From an uncultured virus (IMG/VR IMGVR_UViG_3300031687_001114) (taxonomy: Duplodnaviria > Heunggongvirae > Uroviricota > Caudoviricetes), in the IMG/VR virus record IMGVR_UViG_3300031687_001114, positions 1 through 64,000 of that record: 64,000 nt of DNA; one strand, 5' to 3'. The position numbers and the translations under genes were made by a program. Shown here in pieces: positions 20,098 to 28,331 of the stretch. Positions within the stretch are counted from its first letter, which is position 1, and each line of letters begins with the position of its first letter. Below the pieces are notes generated by a model. It saw nothing but the letters and a program-made list of their open reading frames with translations, did not search any database and was not told the origin of the DNA.

Positions 20098-20875
20098 AAT
20101 GGTTTCCTCCAAATGAGCTCATAGGATGCGGATAAGCCGCTCGATCCACTTCGCCCACACTAGTAAGTTTCATCTCTATAATCATTTTCCAAACATCTGC
20201 AATATCGGCAAACCTGTTTCTGTACCAAGCATAATCAGAACCAAGTAAATTCATATATGCCAGTGTAACTAGCCGCACTTCATCTGTGAGTGCTTGATTT
20301 ATTCTAAGCATTGAATATACAAACGTATCATTTGCTTCATATGGTATGGGTTTTTCTGTGGGAGTAGAATCGCCGGCAGTCTTATCACTAATGTCTAATA
20401 TATTATGCATCATGACTATTGAATTAGCAACTACCCTTTCATTATTGTCACCTTGCTCTGCAAAACAATTTAAAATTGATATGCACCATCTAGGTGTTAT
20501 GTTATAAATTATATCGTTCCAGTCCGTTGAAATTAGTTGTCGTAGTACATCAATGTCCCATTCCTCTCTCCTGAGGTCGAAATGTAATCCATTACTATTT
20601 CTGGACAAAATAATACATGCTTTAGTACGCACAATTGAGTTAGGGTGATTAATTGCTACATAACTTAATATTTCGATTCGAGTAGAATTCCAGTCTTTAA
20701 ATCTTGGATTGCTATAATAGTTATAAAAGTACTTAGGCAATACTAGTGAATTGCGTGAGGATCCATGCTCGGCGGTTTCATCATATGCGTCTTTGAACTG
20801 CGTGGCGATGCTAGTATGTAAAATTTCATCCCAATTGGTTAAGTCCGGCTTGTTAACATGATTCATGCCGGTCAT
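20090..20875 (-). CDS. Hypothetical protein (261 aa)
   Basis: Long ORF coupled by overlaps on both sides; no recognisable motif. Confidence 0.7.
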   Translation of the reverse strand: MTGMNHVNKPDLTNWDEILHTSIATQFKDAYDETAEHGSSRNSLVLPKYFYNYYSNPRFKDWNSTRIEILSYVAINHPNSIVRTKACIILSRNSNGLHFDLRREEWDIDVLRQLISTDWNDIIYNITPRWCISILNCFAEQGDNNERVVANSIVMMHNILDISDKTAGDSTPTEKPIPYEANDTFVYSMLRINQALTDEVRLVTLAYMNLLGSDYAWYRNRFADIADVWKMIIEMKLTSVGEVDRAAYPHPMSSFGGNHYE

Positions 20876-22113
20876 AAGCTAAATTCTGGTGTGTTGTTTA
20901 CTACTGTGTTGTATTTAGTTATTAATTCTTGCGTGGGGATAAAACAATGTGTTCCATATACTGCTAAGTTATGGTCTATAATGCTTTGACATTCGGTGCT
21001 ATTGTAATAAGAATGTATGTCTGCTATATCGATATCTGTTAATCGTTTTATTTCTACATACAGTTTCTTTAAACGTAATAACGGATCAGGTTCAGAATCA
21101 AACGAATAGTTTATGAAGTTATCAAACAATTTAAATCCTAAGTCTTGCATTAGTTTATTAGCACCCGCAATCCCTGATATTAAAAACAGTTGTCTAAAGT
21201 AAACTGGTTTAAAACTTTTTTCAGTAACATGTCCTTGCATCGATAGTCTCTCGCCATCTAGTTCTATTACTGATCTAACATCGTAGCCATGCATAGTTTC
21301 ATTCACAATATTAATGTAACTATCATTATAATAATTCTGAGGCAATGAATCTTGCCATATGGCTATGTCGGTTTGTGATAGCGTTATGTCTTGTTGTAAC
21401 TTAATGTCTTTACCTAAGTACGACACATAACTACTGTCTGGAGGCATTCGGTCTACAATAAATGTTCTGTGTTTCTTCTCTAAATTATTTAAACATAAAA
21501 AATGTTTTGTACGTTGATTCGAATGGTGTTCAATTTGTTCTCTATTAAACTGTTTTATTCTATTGAAGTAAACAGCCATGAACTTTGCATCTACATCAGG
21601 GCGTTTAGTTTTAATAGCATCTACAACATATTTGTTACACAGGTAAAAATTAAGTCTCTCATTATCAATGTCTTTTACACTATCCAATATATAATCTACA
21701 GCATTAAATCCTGCATGTTCATAGTGCCCCAGGTCCCATGTGTTTGAAAACATAAAGTTAACTTGTGGGAAAGGCTCGAATGTTTTTATTAGTTTATGTA
21801 ATGTATTAGCATCATCTTTAATAGCATGTATGTATATAGGAAATAGTAATAGTATAACAGGCGTACCATTAATTCTTCTTAACTGTTTTTTAATAGGCAA
21901 GTTTAAATCAATGGTTTCAGTACGATGGCCCACTGGTGTATAAGTAGGATATGTTCCATCTGCTCCTACATTTTGTGTATCATCATCATGGTTTGTGTGC
22001 CAATCTGCGTTAGCAAACTTTGGCCCGGGCGGCTGACTGTCGTTCCAAACATTAGAAAGCTTCGGCCCCATTTCGTAATTACCTAAATTTTTAAATTGTA
22101 GAAATACTATCAT
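20872..22113 (-). CDS. Putative glycosyltransferase-like protein (EK-motif family, paralog B)
   Basis: FLCLNN..KKHR, IVNET, VTEKSFKP, LGFKLF..FINYSFD. Confidence 0.45.
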   Translation of the reverse strand: MIVFLQFKNLGNYEMGPKLSNVWNDSQPPGPKFANADWHTNHDDDTQNVGADGTYPTYTPVGHRTETIDLNLPIKKQLRRINGTPVILLLFPIYIHAIKDDANTLHKLIKTFEPFPQVNFMFSNTWDLGHYEHAGFNAVDYILDSVKDIDNERLNFYLCNKYVVDAIKTKRPDVDAKFMAVYFNRIKQFNREQIEHHSNQRTKHFLCLNNLEKKHRTFIVDRMPPDSSYVSYLGKDIKLQQDITLSQTDIAIWQDSLPQNYYNDSYINIVNETMHGYDVRSVIELDGERLSMQGHVTEKSFKPVYFRQLFLISGIAGANKLMQDLGFKLFDNFINYSFDSEPDPLLRLKKLYVEIKRLTDIDIADIHSYYNSTECQSIIDHNLAVYGTHCFIPTQELITKYNTVVNNTPEFSL

Positions 22114-22115
22114 TG

Positions 22116-23534
22116 CTATCTCGAGTTATGTTTCGGATCAGGGCGTGTGTACCAATTGTATAATTCCTCGTCTGCTTTATAAATTTCTTCTATTGTTAAT
22201 GCTTCGCCTTCAGCGCCATCGTTTCTAATAGTAGCAATAGTTTGTTGCCATTGTCTGCCATTAAAGAACTGATCCTCATGTGTATCTGGAAACTGTTCGG
22301 CGAACGTAGGAGTGTTTAGTATTGTTTCTAGTTGAGTTATTACTGTGCTTTGTTTCTCAGTTACAATAGGACGCAAATCATCTAACAAACTGTTTACTAT
22401 TCTATCTAGTATATGTCTGGGCCAACTCATAAATGTAAATACTACGTCAGGATGGAATGCAAACATATTCTTAGTTTCAATTTTAACATTAAGGTCTAGT
22501 GAGTACTGTACGAAGTCACGTAAGCCAAATAGTCCAGGACCTGTTAGTGTTAAGTCCATAAGCATTTTACTATCGCCACCAGGACATGCAACACCTTCTC
22601 TAAAGTTCTTATCCCACTCTTCCCATACTAAACCTGTGCGTATGAACTCGCCTATCTTTCCTATGCCGTCGATACTAGCACACATAGTCCAGTCCTTTGC
22701 TTGTGGCAACCAGTCGTACAAGTAGTGCTTACCAAAACGTACTCTACTTAGGTTACTGTTATAACGTAAGTGTACTTTGCGTAAGTTATCATCTTCGGAT
22801 AGTCTAGCCATGCTCTTCCAATGTATATCATACATAAGTGGCTCACCGCCAACCCAGTATATTTCTTCCACCGTGCCTGACTTAATTGCTTCCCAAAATT
22901 CTTCTTCTACTACTTCCTTTTGAAACTTTTGTATAATCTTTTTATTTTCTGGAACCATGAACGGTTGGCTCTCTGGAGTCCAGTGGTCGTTCTGTCTCTT
23001 CTCTGTTTCCCATGCTGAACTAAGTTGCTCACCGCACATACGACATTTGAAGTTACATAAGTTACTAACCCTGTAATCAAAACTAATAGGATTCATTGTA
23101 GTAAAGCCATCGTCGTCTGTACTATCGAAGCACTCGTCTATTTTATCTTCAAATAAGAAACCAGTAAACCATTGACGGTATGTACTTTGACTTAGTACAC
23201 TATCGTTGCACACATTACATTGTGGTATCTCTTCACCTGCCATTAACTTCTTACGGATGTCCATCATATATGGACTGTTCCAATGTTCTTTTAAACTAAT
23301 AGGCTTATAGTCATCGATGGTCCCGCTCTCTTTAAACTTGCCAGTACTTTCATCATTACTTGCATCGATGTATTGCTTTTGGAATTGGTGTTCTTCTCTA
23401 CTAGCACAACACATACGTCTCTCTGACTGCGGACTAATATAAGTATGTGTCCATGGAGCAGTACAGAAAACTTTGTTCTCTGAGTCTTCGACCATACTGC
23501 CATGAGCCCATTTAGGCTTAATTCTATTACTCAT
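22116..23534 (-). CDS. Radical SAM protein with N-terminal SPASM/twitch-like domain (#6)
   Basis: CTAPW...MCC...CNVC; CNFKCRMC; VGGEPL; NSN; SIDG. Confidence 0.92.
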   Translation of the reverse strand: MSNRIKPKWAHGSMVEDSENKVFCTAPWTHTYISPQSERRMCCASREEHQFQKQYIDASNDESTGKFKESGTIDDYKPISLKEHWNSPYMMDIRKKLMAGEEIPQCNVCNDSVLSQSTYRQWFTGFLFEDKIDECFDSTDDDGFTTMNPISFDYRVSNLCNFKCRMCGEQLSSAWETEKRQNDHWTPESQPFMVPENKKIIQKFQKEVVEEEFWEAIKSGTVEEIYWVGGEPLMYDIHWKSMARLSEDDNLRKVHLRYNSNLSRVRFGKHYLYDWLPQAKDWTMCASIDGIGKIGEFIRTGLVWEEWDKNFREGVACPGGDSKMLMDLTLTGPGLFGLRDFVQYSLDLNVKIETKNMFAFHPDVVFTFMSWPRHILDRIVNSLLDDLRPIVTEKQSTVITQLETILNTPTFAEQFPDTHEDQFFNGRQWQQTIATIRNDGAEGEALTIEEIYKADEELYNWYTRPDPKHNSR

Positions 23535-24519
23535 CGTCTTCCCATACAGCGATATCGCTAATGTAAGGACATGCTTCTAATTTGGTTATAATACTTTCGA
23601 ACGTTTCATTTTGTAACGCTCCTAGTTTAGCTCTGCCTATGGCATGTTTAGGCTCTGTGTGGTCAATGCCATATTTAGAAACTTCGTTGGCTTCACACCA
23701 TTGATGCAATCTTCTATTTAAATGTGTTTCAACCTCAGCATCAAATACTTGAAACGAGGCTTGATTCAAACCAATACATGCACTACCGGATATTAATGTT
23801 TGAGGTTTAACCTCTTTACGTTTTATTAATTCTAAATCTTTTGATGCATAAGCATGACCTAAATCTTTGCCTACGGTAAAGAAGTCTAAAAACAAATCAC
23901 CTGTATAGTATTGACTTTGGAATTGTGCGTAGTCGTCATCTGTTAATTCTATATATTCTGCTTCTGCATTAGGACTAAAATGTCTTGCTACTATAAAGTA
24001 TTGCTTCTCATCTAATTCTTCTACTGCAAAGAAACGAGATATGTTTGCTTCTATTTCGTGTACCGTTTTATTTAAACGTTCCAATATCTCTACTTCCGGA
24101 TGAGATTCTTCTGTATAAACAAAGCCTGAAACTTCTGTTAACTCTACTAATTGTTTTTCAAAAATAAAATGTACTTCGTTTAATTTGTCGTGCATTTCTT
24201 TTGTAGTATCTGTTATAGATAACTTTAGATCCGGATCGGCTCCTTGCGAATCTATATCAGTATTTAAACTATTAATTAGTAGTTGCATGTTTACACTTTG
24301 ATTAGCGTCATACAAATTCCAATGTAGCCATCTATATTCATCAGCTATTGCTGTTTTTGTAATGTTATAAAACTGATTACCAATATGCGTGTCTGCTAGT
24401 TTCCAAACAAGTTCTTGGTTGCCACCTTTAAAACTACTCTTGCCTATTACATTAGTGCCACCACTATCCATTACACCTACGGGTGTTGGACTTAAACTCA
24501 GTTTGTAGTACTTACTCAC
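23527..24519 (-). CDS. Hypothetical protein (330 aa)
   Basis: Long ORF translationally coupled between two radical SAM genes. Confidence 0.75.
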   Translation of the reverse strand: MSKYYKLSLSPTPVGVMDSGGTNVIGKSSFKGGNQELVWKLADTHIGNQFYNITKTAIADEYRWLHWNLYDANQSVNMQLLINSLNTDIDSQGADPDLKLSITDTTKEMHDKLNEVHFIFEKQLVELTEVSGFVYTEESHPEVEILERLNKTVHEIEANISRFFAVEELDEKQYFIVARHFSPNAEAEYIELTDDDYAQFQSQYYTGDLFLDFFTVGKDLGHAYASKDLELIKRKEVKPQTLISGSACIGLNQASFQVFDAEVETHLNRRLHQWCEANEVSKYGIDHTEPKHAIGRAKLGALQNETFESIITKLEACPYISDIAVWEDDE

Positions 24520-26192
24520 TCGTCTACTGCTCCGCCAAGTCCATCAGTGTCTGTGTCCCAACCAATGCTACTACCAGCACGTTTTTTAATATTAGGATTA
24601 ACTCCTTCTATTTCATTTTCGTATTTGGTATCATCATAGTCATCGTCGCTCTCACCTGTTTGGCGCCCACGTACTTTCATTTCTACAACTTTAACTTCGC
24701 CGTCCTCTGTAACAATACGTTTGGCATACAATGTATTAGTTACACCTACACTATCTGGTGCTTGTATGTCGTGGTCATCGCTAATGTCTAATACATCAAT
24801 GCTGTCGTACCAGTCTACTAGCCTAGGGAATGTTGTTCTAAAATTATGTCCACGTCTCGAATCGTACTGCTCGTAAAACACTTTGAAGTCATGGTCTAAC
24901 AAGTATTGCTCTGCTGTATTCCTGTGTGGAGTTTTAACAACATCTAAATATTCTATTAGTCTGCTTATTTGATCTTGTTCCCATGCTTGGAGTAATTCTA
25001 CGCCATGCATATCTCTCTCGCCTTTATTTCGAGTATCATCTAACCACTCGCTAAGTTCATCATGATACATTTTACGCAAGTCATCTGGCAATGTTAATGG
25101 ACTTTGGAAACTAGGGAAACGTAATATGTTTACACTAATACCCGGAACGTGATGTCCGTATTTTCTCTTCATAGACAATGTCCAATCTAAGAATTGACAA
25201 ATAGTATCTAAGCATAATGCATTGACAGTCATCATCATGTGTACGCCTTCGTATCTTGCCTCTGTGGCAAAACGTTCAAACTGTGCTGTCCATATTTCCC
25301 AATCTAATCCGTCTCTGATATATTCTGCTTGGGCACCAAAGGCTTCACAACTTGTATACACATGGAAGTGGTCAATGTGTTGTGTAGCATCAATAAACTT
25401 GTTTAGTAACCCAGGCTTAGCCATTAAGTTACTGTTAATAGCCAAACGCATCTTCTTAGCATTGGGCTCGTCTGTTTCTTTAAACCAATCGAACAGTTTG
25501 TAGATACTAGGAGTCATTAATGGCTCACCGCCAGTAACACGAATCTCTTCTAGCTCTTTACTTAGCTCGGGCCACCATCTCCAAAATGCATCTACATAAG
25601 GATTGGCTGTACCGGCATCGTACGGTTCGGCATACGGAGCATCATCGATAAAGTGACCTCTTGCATCTGACTTAATACCTTGATACCCACCATTGGTTCT
25701 AATATCTTTAACCCATGTACTACTAAACGCAGGATTGCAATAACTACATGCTAACTGGCATGTTCTATCAAATGCAACCTCACAGGTTTTTAAATTAACA
25801 TCAGCGTTAGGATCTAACGTTGCAATGTGTTGTAAGTCTCTATCTTCATATATAACTGTTTTATATACTCTGTCGGACACAGCTTCATTGCCGTCCGAGT
25901 CTTGCCCCATGTCTTCAATCTTCCAACAGTACTCACACTCTTTGGGCCGTGTGCCTTCCTGCATCATTTGACGCATCTTCTTTTTGTGTCTGCTGTTGTG
26001 AATAGCACTAGGGTTTTCTTTAATGTCTTCTAAATCTATTTGGTGTGCTGGGGGATGATGACAACTAGTTGTTCCACCATGGCCCAACCATATAGTAGCA
26101 TTGTACCATTTGGCGCCGCAAAAGGAATCTGATACTGGATCTATCATCCTTGCTTTAAATTCTCTGTGAGTCTCGTCTACCTTCCTAACCAT
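24516..26192 (-). CDS. Radical SAM protein, C.AKW/SCHHP N-terminal subtype (#7), acidic C-terminal tail
   Basis: CGAKW...SCHHP...CEYCW; CQLACSYC; TGGEPLM; NSN. Confidence 0.92.
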   Translation of the reverse strand: MVRKVDETHREFKARMIDPVSDSFCGAKWYNATIWLGHGGTTSCHHPPAHQIDLEDIKENPSAIHNSRHKKKMRQMMQEGTRPKECEYCWKIEDMGQDSDGNEAVSDRVYKTVIYEDRDLQHIATLDPNADVNLKTCEVAFDRTCQLACSYCNPAFSSTWVKDIRTNGGYQGIKSDARGHFIDDAPYAEPYDAGTANPYVDAFWRWWPELSKELEEIRVTGGEPLMTPSIYKLFDWFKETDEPNAKKMRLAINSNLMAKPGLLNKFIDATQHIDHFHVYTSCEAFGAQAEYIRDGLDWEIWTAQFERFATEARYEGVHMMMTVNALCLDTICQFLDWTLSMKRKYGHHVPGISVNILRFPSFQSPLTLPDDLRKMYHDELSEWLDDTRNKGERDMHGVELLQAWEQDQISRLIEYLDVVKTPHRNTAEQYLLDHDFKVFYEQYDSRRGHNFRTTFPRLVDWYDSIDVLDISDDHDIQAPDSVGVTNTLYAKRIVTEDGEVKVVEMKVRGRQTGESDDDYDDTKYENEIEGVNPNIKKRAGSSIGWDTDTDGLGGAVDE

Positions 26193-26787
26193 TATAATTT
26201 CCTACGTCGAAGCTCAAGCTTCTTACCTGTACCTGATTATTTAGTCCTATTATCCATTCTAACATCTCCGCTACACTATCAGCAGTCATCATATAATCTT
26301 CTGCAAAATCTTTAAGCCATGCTGTGCTATCAGTGTCAACCATGCCTGGCTTAATGTTCGTTACTCTGCACTTACCTTTCTGGAACTGATTACTTAGTTG
26401 TAAACTTGCCCAGTCGAGTCTTGCTTTGTCACTAACATACGGAGTCCAGTCTTTGTTGTAACCCATCTGTGCAAAGTTATGTATACTGTCGCTACTTGTT
26501 GCACCCATATTAATTATTTGCCTAGGCTTGTTTTCCCATGCTTCATAGAACAGGTATAGTAGTCTGACTTGGCTACCGGGTGCGTATGCGTTGTTAACGA
26601 ATATATCAGCTTTCCATTCTAATGCTTCTTTAACAATACGTTTGCAAGTACTCTCTTTCATAATATTGTAGCCATTGCTTTTACTAAAGCCCATGACTTC
26701 AATACCCTGAGCTTCTAGCCTTTCAACTAGATACTTTCCGATGCCCCTTGTGTGTCCTGTTATTGCAACTCTTTTTGTGTGTGCCAT
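26185..26787 (-). CDS. Short-chain dehydrogenase/reductase (SDR)
   Basis: ITGHTRGIG, VNNA, YxxxK (YVSDK), IKPGMVDT. Confidence 0.85.
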   Translation of the reverse strand: MAHTKRVAITGHTRGIGKYLVERLEAQGIEVMGFSKSNGYNIMKESTCKRIVKEALEWKADIFVNNAYAPGSQVRLLYLFYEAWENKPRQIINMGATSSDSIHNFAQMGYNKDWTPYVSDKARLDWASLQLSNQFQKGKCRVTNIKPGMVDTDSTAWLKDFAEDYMMTADSVAEMLEWIIGLNNQVQVRSLSFDVGNYNG

Positions 26788-26792
26788 ACTAC

Positions 26793-26798
26793 TATTTA
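26793..26798 (-). promoter_or_regulatory. T4-late-like element TAAATA, 5 nt before SDR ATG
   Basis: Minus strand reads TAAATA-GTAGT-ATG. Confidence 0.6.
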
Positions 26799-26809
26799 CC
26801 TGCTTTTTT

Positions 26810-27910
26810 CTAGTTATTAAACAAATCTACGCTTTCCCAAGGTAAATCATCTTTACCGAAGTGCCCGTAGTTAGTTGTCCTTGTTAAGTCTAGATTAAAC
26901 AAATCAAAACGTTTAATAATTCCTAGTGGTGTTAAGTCAACATTATCACGGAAGTAGTCTTCAAACTCCTTTCTAACAATGCCATCTGCGTACACATATA
27001 TACTAGTAGGTTCTTTAACACCGATAGCATAACTTAGTTGCACTACACAGTTTTTAGCCTTGCCACTAGCAACAACATTCTTTGCTAAGTAACGTGCCAT
27101 GTAAGCACCGCTTCTGTCTACTTTAGTACAATCCTTGCCACTAAATGCTCCGCCGCCATGTGGGGCATAGCCACCGTATGTGTCTACAATAATCTTACGT
27201 CCTGTAAGTCCTGTGTCTCCATCTGGTCCACCTATAACAAATTTACCTGTAGGGTTAATATGCCATACTGTTTTTAGTACGTCTACTTTATCTTTGATAA
27301 CCGGCAATATAATGCCTAGTACACGTTCTCTTACTTCGTCTATGCTTAGTTCGTCGCTATGTTGAGTACTACATACAACTGTCTTAATGTATGAAGGCTC
27401 TCCTAGTTTTTTGTATGCAAATGTTACTTGACTCTTTGCATCCGGTCCTAACCAATCTGCACCGTTGCGTCTTGCTTCTTCTAGTGCTTGTAGTATTTTA
27501 TGACTGTAATGTATTGTGCTAGGCATAAAGTTATCTGTTTCGTCACATGCGTAACCAAACATAATACCTTGATCTCCTGCTCCAAAGTCGTCAGTGCCTA
27601 AGGCAATGTCTGAACTTTGTCCATGCAGTTCGTTGTATACCACTAATCTTTCCCAATGGAATCCGTCTTGTTCGTAACCAATCTCTTTTACTACGTTGCG
27701 TATTAGTGATTCAACTTCCTCTTTACTAATGAGTTTGTCTGACTTATATTCGCCTGCTACTGTAACCATGTTAGTTGTAACTAATGTTTCAACTGCCGCT
27801 CTATTATTAATGTTACCATCGATAATAAATGTTGCTACTGTATCAGAGATTAAGTCGGCTATTTTATCCGGATGTCCGTTACTCACGCTTTCGCTTGTGA
27901 ATTCGTACAT
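26810..27910 (-). CDS. metK: S-adenosylmethionine synthetase
   Basis: FTSESVSNGHPDK, GAGDQG, PDAKSQV, NPTGKFVIGGPDGDTGLTGRKIIVDTYGG, GGGAFSGKD, YGHFG; AGGAGAGG RBS. Confidence 0.97.
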   Translation of the reverse strand: MYEFTSESVSNGHPDKIADLISDTVATFIIDGNINNRAAVETLVTTNMVTVAGEYKSDKLISKEEVESLIRNVVKEIGYEQDGFHWERLVVYNELHGQSSDIALGTDDFGAGDQGIMFGYACDETDNFMPSTIHYSHKILQALEEARRNGADWLGPDAKSQVTFAYKKLGEPSYIKTVVCSTQHSDELSIDEVRERVLGIILPVIKDKVDVLKTVWHINPTGKFVIGGPDGDTGLTGRKIIVDTYGGYAPHGGGAFSGKDCTKVDRSGAYMARYLAKNVVASGKAKNCVVQLSYAIGVKEPTSIYVYADGIVRKEFEDYFRDNVDLTPLGIIKRFDLFNLDLTRTTNYGHFGKDDLPWESVDLFNN

Positions 27911-27947
27911 AATCCTCTCCTGTTGTTTACTTCATATAGAAGTGTTC

Positions 27948-27983
27948 TATTTATATTATAACATGAATTGCTTAATAAATCAA
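27948..27983 (-). promoter_or_regulatory. Overlapping sigma70 promoter (TTGATT-N17-TATAAT) and perfect T4-late TATAAATA upstream of metK
   Basis: Minus strand reads TTGATT TATTAAGCAATTCATGT TATAAT ATAAATA. Confidence 0.65.
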
Positions 27984-28303
27984 GCAACAAATAATCCTTT
28001 CATGCTTTTACCTTTTGACATATCACCGTTGAATGTCATTTTGCCACCCATAACTAATTTAACTGGGTCAGCGCCTTTAGTAAACATCTCAATCATTGTA
28101 TCTTTGCTAACAAATCCTACAGTGATGTCTGCTTTATCTAAATGCTCGTTACACAGAATACATTTCTTATCGTGTACACTAATAGAAAACTTACCATTAG
28201 TTTCACTAATAACATTAACGTTAATATCAATATCAATGCCTTCTGATTTTTCTTTCTGAAATTTACCTTCTAAGTCTGTTTTAATTGTGCCAAAGTCTAA
28301 CAT
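27980..28303 (-). CDS. SCP2 sterol/lipid-binding domain protein
   Basis: ADITV...MFTKGADPVKLVMGGKMTFNGDM signature; start MLDFG with AGGAGG RBS. Confidence 0.8.
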   Translation of the reverse strand: MLDFGTIKTDLEGKFQKEKSEGIDIDINVNVISETNGKFSISVHDKKCILCNEHLDKADITVGFVSKDTMIEMFTKGADPVKLVMGGKMTFNGDMSKGKSMKGLFVA

Positions 28304-28331
28304 ATTATCCTCCTTTTGGATATTAAGTTTT

